Below are positions 1-9,900 of a DNA stretch of 64,000 nucleotides, one piece after another. A program made the translations under genes and the position numbers. The stretch covers positions 1,239 to 65,238 of the forward strand of contig CAZOOZ010000010.1 in assembly GCA_964581565.1 (NCBI GenBank). Direction: 5' to 3'. Numbering within the stretch: position 1 is the stretch's first letter; each line of letters starts with the position of its first letter. The notes under the pieces are model-generated. The model saw only the letters and a program-made list of their open reading frames with translations. It had not been told where the DNA came from and made no database searches. Source of the DNA: an uncultured Eubacteriaceae bacterium. GTDB taxonomy: Bacteria; Bacillota; Clostridia; Eubacteriales; UBA1433.

Positions 1-423
1 GTCTGGCTTTACGGTAATGCTCATACCTGTTTGGACATAGTCCAAAAATTCCTCACCCAGACTATCCACTGTCGGCATATTGATGTCATCGAGCCACACA
101 TCCGCAATAATACTTCCGGCGGCCGCAAGTGAATCGATATGCTGTGAAAACAGCATGCAGGCCGGCTGGCGCCCCATAGCCGCAGCTGAAAACAAGACCA
201 ACCCTCCCGTTGTGGAACCTATTGTCTGAGGCATGCACAAAGCAGTTCCCGCCATTGGTTTTCCGAAGAGTTCTTTATTATTTTGATCTGAGCATTTCGC
301 CGTCTTGTCTTTAAACATAAGGCTTTTTTGAAAACTCGCCAGTGTATTGAATCCTTCATGCGATACAAGCGCTGTGGCTTTGCATTCACCCGGCACAACA
401 ACTCTTCCCTTAAATTCTCTCAT
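1..423 (-). CDS. Aconitase-X swivel-domain small subunit (DUF126-like), 3' end cut by window edge
   Basis: My own reverse translation from the ATG at 421-423 gives MREFKGRVVVPGECKATALVSHEGFNTLASF...GKPMAGTALCMPQTIGSTTGGLVLFSAAAMGRQPACMLF... There is no stop before position 1. ATGA start/stop overlap with the upstream DUF521 gene. This ORF is not in the supplied track. Confidence 0.6.
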   Translation of the reverse strand, partial: MREFKGRVVVPGECKATALVSHEGFNTLASFQKSLMFKDKTAKCSDQNNKELFGKPMAGTALCMPQTIGSTTGGLVLFSAAAMGRQPACMLFSQHIDSLAAAGSIIADVWLDDINMPTVDSLGEEFLDYVQTGMSITVKPD

Positions 424-1694
424 AAGTTTGCACCTCCCGTGATGATACTTTGCACTTCTTCATCCGTATGGTATCTGGCACTCGTATACGTTCTTAACTT
501 ATTGGAGTTTGTAATGACCGGCATCTTGCCACACTGCGGGTTATTCATAAACATCAAAGGACAGATATAGCTGAGTATCACGCCTGTGGCCTTCAGCCTT
601 GCGGCATGCTCCGTCTTTTCAAACTCTTTAATCACGGCGGGTGCTGAAGTAAACACGGTCGTCAGCGCCACCTGGCTGCGTTTATTTTCCTTTAGATCTT
701 CTTCAATACGCTGTGTCCAGTCTTTTAATTCGCTGAGTGATAAATGGGGGCATCCCACGAAGCACATCGCCGGCTTCGCCAAAGGATCTTTCCAAATGCA
801 CGGATATCCTTCACGCACACGCTGCAACTCTGCATCATCGATAACATAAGTTCTTGCTTTCGGAACAACCAATGTGTCTTTCTGCTCCACCGCTTCCGGC
901 GTCAGCCCTTCTATATGATAGAGCCCCACAGCGCCGTTTGAAGCCGTAGCGGCACCGAAATTTTTCAGATATGCACATACGTCGTCACTGAGTTCAGTGC
1001 CCAGGAAGCGGTCTAATCCTTTTACATACGGTACTTCTTCCATCACTTTCATACCGATTGCGCTCCCCAGTATCTGAGCCTCCGGCAGTTTTCCTGTTTT
1101 GACTTCAATGATCCATGTGGCTTTTCGTCCCTCGTCCGTGAGCAACCCGAAATACGGCACATAGCCCGCAATGGAGCCAAACAAATCCAAAATGCCCGAA
1201 TTTCTGTTGCATCGCGCACCAAGCACACTGTTGGCATACACCACCGCCGAAGATTCCGCCCAGGAAAGCACTTCCCCTTTTCCCGGTTTGTTGCCGACTT
1301 CATCAAAATAGCATGTACAGGTAAACGCGTCTTTATCCATAAGCCCCAACTGGCTCAGCTGATTTTCATAGCTGTCCTGCTTGGAATACATGATTTTAAA
1401 AAATATGTTCTGTAAAAAATTCGTCGGTATGTTTTTATCCATAGGCCTGGGGTCTACCGAAAAGCCTTGTGTGGATACTGCCTCCGCTTCGATAAGCTTA
1501 TCCATTAATTTATACATTTCTTTCATCATGGACAGGCCAAAGCTTGTGACAAGATGATTATATTTTCCGGTCACGGGCACCATTTTCTCCGCGCCGAAGG
1601 CATCACCGTACATGACCAGCGTTTTCATCACCTTAGCCTTTACATCGCCCTGCACGCCATCATAAATGGCCTGTTGCTTCTCATCGAGTTTCAT
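420..1694 (-). CDS. Aconitase-X catalytic subunit (DUF521 family, putative hydro-lyase)
   Basis: 424-aa ORF whose length and sequence pattern are typical of DUF521/AcnX large subunits. It is translationally coupled to the DUF126-like ORF downstream. Confidence 0.65.
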   Translation of the reverse strand: MKLDEKQQAIYDGVQGDVKAKVMKTLVMYGDAFGAEKMVPVTGKYNHLVTSFGLSMMKEMYKLMDKLIEAEAVSTQGFSVDPRPMDKNIPTNFLQNIFFKIMYSKQDSYENQLSQLGLMDKDAFTCTCYFDEVGNKPGKGEVLSWAESSAVVYANSVLGARCNRNSGILDLFGSIAGYVPYFGLLTDEGRKATWIIEVKTGKLPEAQILGSAIGMKVMEEVPYVKGLDRFLGTELSDDVCAYLKNFGAATASNGAVGLYHIEGLTPEAVEQKDTLVVPKARTYVIDDAELQRVREGYPCIWKDPLAKPAMCFVGCPHLSLSELKDWTQRIEEDLKENKRSQVALTTVFTSAPAVIKEFEKTEHAARLKATGVILSYICPLMFMNNPQCGKMPVITNSNKLRTYTSARYHTDEEVQSIITGGANL

Positions 1695-1709
1695 TTCTTC
1701 TCCCCTCCT

Positions 1710-3977
1710 TTACAGCTTTACCGCAAGCCGATACGCCGCACGCGCGGCTTCAAGAACTCTGCCGCCGCAGAAACTGTCCCCGATGTTATAAATTTCAGGA
1801 GCGGCATGCTGCCCTTGGAGTTCAAAATACAAGCTGTCATCCGGTCTGCCGCCCATTGCAAAGACAACCAGATCGGCTTTCAACGATTCTTCTTCGTATT
1901 CGTCTCCGACTTTTGGAGCCAAAGGATTGGGTATATTTTTCGGCAAAATCGGCTGCCATGTATTGTAAGGGTCCGGCACATTTTTATGAACATTTTTCTT
2001 TATGTTTACGCTTCCCTTCGCGAAAGATTTCACCTTTGCCATATTAATAAGCCTCACACCGTTACGCTTCATGTAATAAATCAGATGACCTCTGTTGGCC
2101 GTGCAAGCGCCATCCATAAAATATGGCAGCATTTCAACAACCGTGACATTGCATCCTTTTTCATAAGAAAGCCAATAGGACGTCTCACATCCGACAACGC
2201 CGCCGCCGATGACGACGACATCTTTGGCATCGCCTAAGAGCTCAGGCTTCACAAGCAAATCCGTCGCCTGAACGGTTGCGATCTCTTCAATCCCCTGCAG
2301 TTTGAGATCTACACCTTTTGTCCCGATCGCCGTTATGATCGCATCATACGCTTTTTCTTTCAGCATTTGAGGCGTAGCCGCTTGATTGATAAAATTAATC
2401 TGCTCATTTTCTGCAGCCTTGTTTAGTTGTTCTTCGAGATAGATGCGATAGTTGTCAAAATCAAATTTGTTTGCAGGAACAGAGCCGGCAATCATTTTGC
2501 CGCCCACTTTTTCTCCCGCTTCATACAAATCTACCACATGACCGCGTTTTGACGCAGCGAGGGCAAGATTAATACCTCCCGGACCCGCCCCAACAACTGC
2601 AATTTTCTTAATTTTCTCCGCGGGCGCGGCAATTTCCGGAATACTGTCTTCAAAACCGGTGCGCGCATTGACCGCGCATTGCGGATGCCCGCCGTCTACA
2701 AACTCATTTATACAGCCTTCCTGACACCCGATACACGGGCGGATATCGGCAACTTTTCCCGCATAAGCTTTATTCGGCCATTCCGGATCGGCAAGCAGCG
2801 GACGCCCGAGCATGATCATATCACACATGCCGTCACGCAATGCTTTTTCTGCAACATCGGGATACCCGAGTTTTCCCACCGCAACGATCGGTACTTTGAT
2901 GCCCGCATTGGATAATACATTATTTGTTTCAAAATCATCTTTGACCATTTTGGACACTTCCAAAAAGCATCCCGCAGGCATTCCTGCAGGCGGATGGGGC
3001 AGCCACCAGTTATCATAACATCCCAGATCGACATCGAAAATATCAACTCCCGCTTTTACGAGATTTTTCATATAATCGAGCGTTTCCGCACAATTTCTTC
3101 CGTCGGTAAATTTTTTAAGCGATTTGATGGATTTCATCTCTTCACCGTAGGTTTCATCGAGCGCGAGTGATAGGTCGATGCGGTACATGATGGGATAATC
3201 GCTGCCTAAACGGCGCCTGATTTCCTCGATAAGATCTGTTCCGAATCTTTGCCATTTTGCGTATCTGCCCAGTTTACGCCTGTTGAATGCCGGGTTTGTG
3301 ATTTGTTCGAGCAGATAGCCTTCATGACCGTGCAGGTACACTCCGTCCAAACCGCAGGCCTTGGCATCGGCAGCCGCCTGACCGGCGTTTTTGATGATTT
3401 TTTTTAAACTGTGGTCCGAAAAACGCAGACACGGCACTTCGGGAATATAGAAATTGGGATTAAAGGATGCCGATCCCGGAAATTTAAACTGGTCTACAAG
3501 GCATTGGGGATTGCCTACTCTGCCGAGTCCCGGTGTAAGCTGAATAAAGATGCGGCTTCCGAAGCTATGCACACCCTGCGCGAGATCACGCCACCCCACC
3601 ATCACGGTACGGCTTCTGTCTATCCTCGGAAAATAGCTTAGTTTTCCTTTCTCGGTGATAGAATTATCGATACCATGCGAGATCGGAATCAAGCCGGTCG
3701 CAAGCAGCCCTGTCCCCCCTTTTGCACGTGCAAAAAAGTATTGCAGCATCTTTTCATTCGGCCTTCCTGTTTCTTCGCACATATCGATATTGCCCATAGG
3801 CGCCATCATGATCCTGTTTTTAACTGTGAGACGATTGACCTTAATGGGCGAAAACAGGCAGTCGTATGGATATAGATTTTGTGTCATACGTCCAATGCCG
3901 TGCTCTTTGCCCTCCTCTGTGCCAACCCAGCTGCCATAGCTGTCCACTAATTCTTGCACAAACATATCTTTTTTCAT
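1710..3977 (-). CDS. Old-yellow-enzyme-type NADH:flavin oxidoreductase fused to an FAD/NAD(P) pyridine-nucleotide oxidoreductase domain (2,4-dienoyl-CoA reductase / enoate reductase family)
   Basis: N-terminal OYE TIM-barrel pattern (RIMMAPMG..., HGHEGYLL). Cys cluster CIGCQEGC. Rossmann motifs VVGAGPGG and VIGGGVVG. I moved the start to the ATG at 3977 (MKKDMF) because AGGAGG lies 9 nt upstream. The track start at 4007 has no SD. Confidence 0.75.
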   Translation of the reverse strand: MKKDMFVQELVDSYGSWVGTEEGKEHGIGRMTQNLYPYDCLFSPIKVNRLTVKNRIMMAPMGNIDMCEETGRPNEKMLQYFFARAKGGTGLLATGLIPISHGIDNSITEKGKLSYFPRIDRSRTVMVGWRDLAQGVHSFGSRIFIQLTPGLGRVGNPQCLVDQFKFPGSASFNPNFYIPEVPCLRFSDHSLKKIIKNAGQAAADAKACGLDGVYLHGHEGYLLEQITNPAFNRRKLGRYAKWQRFGTDLIEEIRRRLGSDYPIMYRIDLSLALDETYGEEMKSIKSLKKFTDGRNCAETLDYMKNLVKAGVDIFDVDLGCYDNWWLPHPPAGMPAGCFLEVSKMVKDDFETNNVLSNAGIKVPIVAVGKLGYPDVAEKALRDGMCDMIMLGRPLLADPEWPNKAYAGKVADIRPCIGCQEGCINEFVDGGHPQCAVNARTGFEDSIPEIAAPAEKIKKIAVVGAGPGGINLALAASKRGHVVDLYEAGEKVGGKMIAGSVPANKFDFDNYRIYLEEQLNKAAENEQINFINQAATPQMLKEKAYDAIITAIGTKGVDLKLQGIEEIATVQATDLLVKPELLGDAKDVVVIGGGVVGCETSYWLSYEKGCNVTVVEMLPYFMDGACTANRGHLIYYMKRNGVRLINMAKVKSFAKGSVNIKKNVHKNVPDPYNTWQPILPKNIPNPLAPKVGDEYEEESLKADLVVFAMGGRPDDSLYFELQGQHAAPEIYNIGDSFCGGRVLEAARAAYRLAVKL

Positions 3978-4093
3978 ATAAATTGTCCTCCTTTCATTTG
4001 AATACAAGCAGTTTTACTTGTTATTATTTGACTTCACAATGATCTATGTGATACATTTTGTATTGTTGATAAAATTATATCATACTTTTAGTC

Positions 4094-4110
4094 TTTGTAA
4101 ACGATACAAA
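4094..4110. promoter_or_regulatory. Short palindrome TTTGTA-N5-TACAAA in the divergent tetR / oxidoreductase intergenic region; candidate TetR operator
   Basis: Inverted repeat read directly, 17 nt upstream of the tetR ATG. It is only 6+6 bp, so weak. Confidence 0.25.
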
Positions 4111-4126
4111 AAGGGGGATTTTGTCT

Positions 4127-4666
4127 ATGAATAAACATGCTGAACAGCATGGTATCATCAAACAAAGCATCACGCAAGCTTTGCTGTCTTTAATGGAATC
4201 AAAGCCTTTCTCTGAAATCACAATCACTGAGCTCGTCACCAAAGCGGGTATCGCCCGGTCAACTTATTATCGAAATTACTCCTCCAAAGAAGAAGTGCTT
4301 GCCACTTACATCGATGAAGTTTTACAGGATTTTTATAAAGAATTTCCGGCAAACTCCATGCGGGAGCGATTTGAATATGAACATATCGCGCATATATTGG
4401 ATTATGTGATGCGCTATAAAAAACAACTTTCCATTCTTCATAAATCAGGCCTGTCTTCCATCTATTTAAACGCAATGAACCGCTACTTCTTCGCGACACT
4501 CAATAAAACGGCATTGACCGCGGACGATAAATTTAAAGTATATGCGTTTGCCGGAGCGGAATTCAACATCATATTCAGCTGGATACTCAGCGACAGCAAT
4601 GAAAGTATGGAAGAAATCACAGCATACATCAGACAGCGCATGCTGGATTCTTCTTTTCGTTTTTAA
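4127..4666 (+). CDS. TetR/AcrR family transcriptional regulator
   Basis: N-terminal HTH pattern FSEITITELVTKAGIARSTYYRNYSSKEEVL. I chose the ATG at 4127 (SD AAGGGGGA 7 nt upstream) over the TTG at 4121. Confidence 0.85.
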   Translation: MNKHAEQHGIIKQSITQALLSLMESKPFSEITITELVTKAGIARSTYYRNYSSKEEVLATYIDEVLQDFYKEFPANSMRERFEYEHIAHILDYVMRYKKQLSILHKSGLSSIYLNAMNRYFFATLNKTALTADDKFKVYAFAGAEFNIIFSWILSDSNESMEEITAYIRQRMLDSSFRF

Positions 4667-4742
4667 TTATTATGTTATTACTGCCGAAAGTAAAATACGA
4701 TGGAATATAGAAACAAGGCGAATCATGTAATAATAAGAAAGA

Positions 4743-4768
4743 GTCAATATGCTTAAGCTCATATTGAC
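4743..4768 (-). terminator. Hairpin GTCAATATG-N8-CATATTGAC downstream of the metallophosphoesterase gene
   Basis: 9-bp perfect stem. On the minus strand it is followed by a T-rich run (TCTTTCTTAT). It lies between convergent genes. Confidence 0.5.
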
Positions 4769-4794
4769 AAAAGAGTGTTTTATCATAATTCAAA

Positions 4795-5694
4795 TTAAGC
4801 TTTTCGATTGTCGAATTTGTCTATAGGCTCAGGCCCTCTCAACACTTCTTTTTGTATTTGAAGCAACCCGTCTTCGTTGTAAGATGTTTTCCATCTCACC
4901 AATTGGATCACGCCTCTAATGATTTCAATACCAGTAACAGTAGTCGGATAAATACAACAGCCCGTATTGAAATAGGGCGGTTCTCCCTCTCTCGGATATT
5001 TATAACGGTGCGTGTGACCGCAGATCAGCATAGTCTCATGTTTTAATATCCACTTGTTAAAGTTTTTTTCGATTTTATGACGTTTGTGTACATTCTTGAC
5101 GGGACTGGCAGGATTTTTGACTCCGAAGGCATGAAGATGTCTCCAAAAATATTTTTCAGACAACATAGTGAAAACCCAGAATTGATCGTTGGCGAAATCG
5201 CCCTGATGTCCGTGAATTGTGAGTATTTCCTGCCCGGTTTGTTGATGCTTAAGTAAAAGCGCTTCACAGGGCTTCAGACCTTTAAGAAAATCATTTTCCT
5301 TTTTTCTATAATCATCATAGTACATAAAATAATTTTCTTCTACATATTTAGGATTTTTTAAATAGTTATTATGGTTGCCAAAAAGCACAATCAGCCTATC
5401 TTCGTCCAAAAACCGTTTCATGGATTGAAATACATGATAGTGCGCATTCTTTATGACTTTAAATTTGGGATGCTCCCACAACTCATCTCCATCTCCTGCC
5501 TCTACCAACGTGAACCCATCTTTATAGTATTGATCTAAAGCGAACAGATATATATTCCGATTTTTTATGAATTCATCCTGATGGCTTCCACTACCCCGAT
5601 GGCAATCGCTGAAAAATACATATTTGGAATTCTTGTCTATGTATTCGACTCTTGCGTTTTGGTAGGCTTTTGTTAATCGTTTTTCAGTTTTCAT
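4795..5694 (-). CDS. Calcineurin-like metallophosphoesterase
   Basis: Ordered motifs DCHRG, GDGDEL, GNHN, HGH, GHTH. Confidence 0.8.
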   Translation of the reverse strand: MKTEKRLTKAYQNARVEYIDKNSKYVFFSDCHRGSGSHQDEFIKNRNIYLFALDQYYKDGFTLVEAGDGDELWEHPKFKVIKNAHYHVFQSMKRFLDEDRLIVLFGNHNNYLKNPKYVEENYFMYYDDYRKKENDFLKGLKPCEALLLKHQQTGQEILTIHGHQGDFANDQFWVFTMLSEKYFWRHLHAFGVKNPASPVKNVHKRHKIEKNFNKWILKHETMLICGHTHRYKYPREGEPPYFNTGCCIYPTTVTGIEIIRGVIQLVRWKTSYNEDGLLQIQKEVLRGPEPIDKFDNRKA

Positions 5695-5888
5695 ATACTC
5701 CCTCTAAAGCAGGAATTTTTGCTATTACTTTTATATGAGACTTAACCGCATAGTGTGAGACTTACTTGGTTTTATTATATGCCTTTCATAAATATAAACA
5801 ACATTCAATGAGTATATTTATCATATAGTTTACAATATTTTTTTAATTTTTTTCATACCATATAGACAAATAAAGTTCATAAAAATAT

Positions 5889-5912
5889 AAAAGGAGCTAT
5901 AAAGCTCCTTTT
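5889..5912 (-). terminator. Rho-independent terminator after the MTH1187-like gene
   Basis: AAAAGGAGCT-ATAA-AGCTCCTTTT, a perfect 10-bp stem flanked by T/A runs on both sides. Confidence 0.7.
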
Positions 5913-5930
5913 ATAACGTTTTTTATTGTA

Positions 5931-6176
5931 TTATTCGTAAAAGTTGGTCATTCTCATGTCCATTATAAAACTGCACTGATCGTTCATCTGGCTGTGTATG
6001 TCTTCCATCAGTTTGAAGACAGCGCTTTTTTCGCCCGTTATGCTTGTGGAGAGTTTGCCGATGCAATGCTCCAGCCCGGAATTTTTAATGATGTCTAAAA
6101 CTTTCCTCACTTTGTTCAACCCATCTGCATCAGCCAACGGCAAAAATGATACCTGGCATACAATGTAATTTTCCAT
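5931..6176 (-). CDS. MTH1187/YkoF-like small protein (DUF77, thiamine-binding family)
   Basis: 81 aa. The N-terminal pattern IVCQVSFLPLAD...KVLDIIKNSGLEHCIGKLSTSITGE fits the family. Confidence 0.5.
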   Translation of the reverse strand: MENYIVCQVSFLPLADADGLNKVRKVLDIIKNSGLEHCIGKLSTSITGEKSAVFKLMEDIHSQMNDQCSFIMDMRMTNFYE

Positions 6177-6287
6177 AACACAATTCTCCTTTACTTTTTT
6201 TATTTATATGAATGAGATTTTTGAACTATCCTCATACGCTTATCTTAATTCTTTTTTTTTACGTAGATTGAAAGTTCAGATGCTTTA

Positions 6288-6905
6288 TTACTTAATAAAG
6301 CTGACGTGTTTGCTGATCTCGGTTATAGCCGCATCTTTTTTCTGATTGAATACGATCTTATTTTTCTCAAAAAGATTATCTCCATGCGTATCGATGGATA
6401 CGATCAGCGGCCCGAACTCTTTGACCCGGCAAACCCACAGCGTCTCCGGCATACCCAGATCCATCCATTCCTGACGCTCTATCTCTTCGACCTGCGTTGC
6501 CGCAACGACGGCACAACCGGCCGGGAACACGCAATGCAGCGCTTTTTCTTCTTTACAGGCATCCATGGTGCCTTGCCCCATTCCCCCTTTGCCGACAATT
6601 AGTTTAACGCCTGTTTGTTTTATAAATTCTTTTTCAAATTTTTCCATGCGCATGCTGGTGGTAGGCCCAATCGAAATCATTTCATATTTATCTTTTGTTC
6701 CTTCAATCTTACGCACGATCGGTCCGGCGTGAAAAATAGCCCCGCCGGCAATATCAACCGGAAGTGACCGGCCATACTCGATCAAACGACGGTGTGCCAC
6801 ATCCCGGCATGTGACGATATGCCCGGTTAAATAAATGACATCTCCGATTTTTATATCTTTTAAGTCCTCAACTTTGATTGGCGTGGTTAAGACTTTCTTG
6901 CTCAT
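6288..6905 (-). CDS. Fe-S hydro-lyase beta subunit (class I fumarate hydratase / L(+)-tartrate dehydratase beta type)
   Basis: 205 aa with [21 protein letters not shown] and VGKGGMG patterns. ATGA overlap with the alpha subunit gene. Confidence 0.85.
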   Translation of the reverse strand: MSKKVLTTPIKVEDLKDIKIGDVIYLTGHIVTCRDVAHRRLIEYGRSLPVDIAGGAIFHAGPIVRKIEGTKDKYEMISIGPTTSMRMEKFEKEFIKQTGVKLIVGKGGMGQGTMDACKEEKALHCVFPAGCAVVAATQVEEIERQEWMDLGMPETLWVCRVKEFGPLIVSIDTHGDNLFEKNKIVFNQKKDAAITEISKHVSFIK

Positions 6906-7801
6906 AGGCTCACCCCCGAGTGCGATGTGATAGTATAATTTAAATCCTTATCGAAACGTATATGCCCGCGTCGATGAGACCAACAGCCTGTGCTGACGGC
7001 AACACCGATCGTCGATGGATGACGTGCCGTGTTCTCTATATGAACGCCCATCACCGATGCGTTGCCGGATATGCCCTGAGGTCCGAGACCGATTGAGTTA
7101 ATACCGTCCTCCAAAAGCTTTTCCATTGCCGCGGCCCGCTCGTTGGTATTATGCGTTCCCAGCGGACGCATCAAAGCCTTTTTCGACAGCAAGGCAGCTG
7201 TTTCTACAGAAGTGGCGATGCCGACGCCGACTAAAAGCGGCGGACAGGCATTGAGCCCATAGCTGGTCATCACATCCAAAACAAACTGGGTAACGCCTTC
7301 ATAACCGGCACCCGGCATAAGCACCATAGCCTTGCCCGGCAGCGAGCAACCGCCGCCTGCCATGTACCCGTCTATTTGTATGTCATCCTGATCCGGGACA
7401 ATTTCCCAAAAAATTGTCGGGGTTCCCGTGCCGACATTGCGCCCTGTGTTGTATTCGTCAAAAGTCTCAACGCTATTGTGCCGCAAGGGCGCATTGACGG
7501 TAGCGTCAATGACTGCCTGGGTAAGTATGTGCTCTATCTTTCCTAAATACGGAAAATTCTCTCCGGCTTTAACGAAAAACTGCAGCACCCCCGTATCCTG
7601 GCAGCATGGTCTGTTGAGCTCCATCGCCAGTTTCTGATTGAGAAACATAGTCTCATAGACAGACTTGGCTAACGGCGATGTTTCATGCTTTGAGAGTTCC
7701 TCCAGTTTTTTTTCTACATCGTCCGGCAATTTCTTTGCAAACAGAGCAATGAACTTGCTCATCACATCGATCATAGATTGGACTTGTTTTTCCTGACTCA
7801 T
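6902..7801 (-). CDS. Fe-S hydro-lyase alpha subunit (class I fumarate hydratase / tartrate dehydratase alpha type)
   Basis: 299 aa with the CCQDTG motif and length typical of the family. 4-nt overlap with both neighbours. Confidence 0.85.
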   Translation of the reverse strand: MSQEKQVQSMIDVMSKFIALFAKKLPDDVEKKLEELSKHETSPLAKSVYETMFLNQKLAMELNRPCCQDTGVLQFFVKAGENFPYLGKIEHILTQAVIDATVNAPLRHNSVETFDEYNTGRNVGTGTPTIFWEIVPDQDDIQIDGYMAGGGCSLPGKAMVLMPGAGYEGVTQFVLDVMTSYGLNACPPLLVGVGIATSVETAALLSKKALMRPLGTHNTNERAAAMEKLLEDGINSIGLGPQGISGNASVMGVHIENTARHPSTIGVAVSTGCWSHRRGHIRFDKDLNYTITSHSGVSL

Positions 7802-8667
7802 GAATATTGCTCCTTTACAGCTTTAAAATCAGATTCTTCATATTGCTTAATAAACTTTAAAATAACTTTATTGAATTCTTCGGGGCATTCATAGAAAAGA
7901 ATATGCCCGGCATCCATAAACTCATAATGCGTACAGGGCGCCTTAAGCAGGCTTTTGTAGTGTCTGGCCATTTGCAGACCCTTGGGAGTCCTGGGGCTGG
8001 CTGCACCGCAGATGAATGTGGGTATTTCAATAAGAGGCAAAATCTTTTCAAAATCCAGGTGCACAAAATTTTCATATAACGCAAAAGCACAATGAACCGG
8101 GCATTTTAAGGCATCGCATGCGATCCATGCCTCGTCATCTTCAGAGATAGGATTTTTAAACATTGAGCGGGCAAAGTTTTTGCAGTACTGCTCGTAATCT
8201 GCAAAAGCACCTTTCATAAGATCCGCAAACGCTTCAAGATTATAATTATGCAGCGAGTGCGCATTGTGCTCTCCCGAGCCATAAGGAAACAGCGTGCTAT
8301 CGAGCAGCGCAATGGATTTCAAGCGGTATGCGCCGAATTTTTCATAATAGGCCATCGCTATATTACCACCCATAGACCAGCCGATCAACACAACATTTTC
8401 AAGATTCAGATGCTCAATAAGTTCTTTGATATCGGCGGCCATCCTGTGGATAGTCAGGTTCTCCTGGCTTTTTGTAGAATAACCGAAGCTCCGGCTGTCC
8501 ATAACTATTAAGCGGTTGTTTTCCGAAAGCGCATCGATATTACGGCTTAAATATCGGGTTGTGCAAAGATATCCGGGAATAAAAACAATAGGCTCTCCGC
8601 TTCCATATTCTTCAAAGTATATATTTTTATCATCGGTGGTTTTAAAGAATTTGCCTTGGATATTCAT
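7798..8667 (-). CDS. Alpha/beta-fold hydrolase
   Basis: Nucleophile elbow GWSMGG. The C-terminal DAGH fits the catalytic His region. First gene of the hydrolase/hydro-lyase operon. Confidence 0.75.
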   Translation of the reverse strand: MNIQGKFFKTTDDKNIYFEEYGSGEPIVFIPGYLCTTRYLSRNIDALSENNRLIVMDSRSFGYSTKSQENLTIHRMAADIKELIEHLNLENVVLIGWSMGGNIAMAYYEKFGAYRLKSIALLDSTLFPYGSGEHNAHSLHNYNLEAFADLMKGAFADYEQYCKNFARSMFKNPISEDDEAWIACDALKCPVHCAFALYENFVHLDFEKILPLIEIPTFICGAASPRTPKGLQMARHYKSLLKAPCTHYEFMDAGHILFYECPEEFNKVILKFIKQYEESDFKAVKEQYS

Positions 8668-9123
8668 AAGATGCTTGTCTCCTTTTAATCGGTAGAAATT
8701 TAAATTATTGCAGTATAATAAAGGGCTGTTGTCAAAATCAGATCACGGCACCGTTTTATTTTATTTTTAAAAATACAGTTTCATCATTAAGTTATATTTA
8801 TTTTTATAATATAATGCGTCTATTAAAATTAGTTTTAGTAACATGATACAAAATTCTCATAGATATATCAAGATTAATTGCAGATACAAAATAAAAATAA
8901 TCGAACCTGTTTGCTGCTCAATCCGTTTAGTTTAAATTTTGAGATATGGCCATTCAGCAGATAATGGCTCATACAAATTATGCCTTTAATACTAGCCAGT
9001 ATACACCGTGATTTAGCGTTGCTGAGAAATAAAATCAGGAAGATAAGTATACAAAGAAAAAAATTATAGTTCAAACTACTAATTTTTATTTTAAGATTAT
9101 ATGTACTTATTTATTACATATTT

Positions 9124-9900
9124 TCATAGCCTACCTTTAATTTCTTCATAGTGCATTTTAAATCTATCTTCATATTTTTTTACATTATATCCGCGCGCTG
9201 ATGGATGATATACATCTATTATTTTTAATAAATTATTCTTTCCATCATTATATTCAAAATATAAACCAAATTTTCCTTCAAAATATTTGTTTGTATTTCT
9301 TAATTTTTGCATCCATTTTTTTCTAGAATAAGGCTCAAGCTCTAAAAGAATATTTTTTACAAAAATATTAAAACATCCTGCACATAAAATATATTTCGGA
9401 TTTATTAATTCAATTTGTTTTTTTATAAATAATTTATAATCATAAGCGTATTGTTTTAACTTTTTCAAATCATCATTATTAGTACTTCCATTGCCACCTC
9501 TTTTATTTATATTTATATACGCAGCATTTTTAATATCATTTTGAGTAAGAAAATTATTTATTATAGTTAGTTTTTCTTTATACCTAGGAGCATTGTCTTT
9601 ACATTCGTTATTTAAGACGCATTGAAACCAAAATATTGCTTTATTTTCGCTATCTAAATTTGCTTCTTTTAAAACAAACAAAATGTCTGCAGAGTTTAAC
9701 CCCATCGTTAAGAAGCCATCTTTTATATAATTATTTTTATTAACAATTTCCCCATTTACTATAGGTGAATTATCCTCATTATGATCATCAATTTCGTGTG
9801 CTCTTTTCCATACTTTTTCGAGTTCGCTCATTGAATTAATATTTTTCAAAAGATTTTCCAGTTCATACATTGAATTAATATTATTGATAGTGCTCTTCAA
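9124..9900 (-). CDS. Divergent uracil-DNA-glycosylase-superfamily-like protein, function unknown
   Basis: Motif order and spacing resemble UDG family 4/5: ILFVLKEAN, AAYININKRGG, ILCAGC, VYHPSA. There is an N-terminal extension of about 70 aa. The track ORF starts at TTG 9915. However, GGAGGG (codons 2-3 of that ORF) sits 7 nt upstream of the TTG at 9900, which I prefer. The gene is very AT-rich. Confidence 0.4.
   Translation of the reverse strand: MKSTINNINSMYELENLLKNINSMSELEKVWKRAHEIDDHNEDNSPIVNGEIVNKNNYIKDGFLTMGLNSADILFVLKEANLDSENKAIFWFQCVLNNECKDNAPRYKEKLTIINNFLTQNDIKNAAYININKRGGNGSTNNDDLKKLKQYAYDYKLFIKKQIELINPKYILCAGCFNIFVKNILLELEPYSRKKWMQKLRNTNKYFEGKFGLYFEYNDGKNNLLKIIDVYHPSARGYNVKKYEDRFKMHYEEIKGRL

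Noticed and set aside
1554-2237. Long antisense ORFs inside clear genes. Examples: 1554-2237, 10399-10857, 11224-11697, 12145-12699, 15081-15575, 24689-25129, 26014-26448, 33126-33554, 58373-58816, 62516-63025.
   Set aside because: Each lies opposite a gene with strong family motifs. They have no SD, and their low-complexity or Cys/Arg/Ser-rich translations are typical of shadow frames.
8874-9074. 66-aa ORF downstream of the UDG-like gene in the AT-rich islet.
   Set aside because: It has no SD upstream, and its Leu/Ile/Phe/Cys-rich translation is expected by chance in DNA with this much AT. I have no supporting motif.
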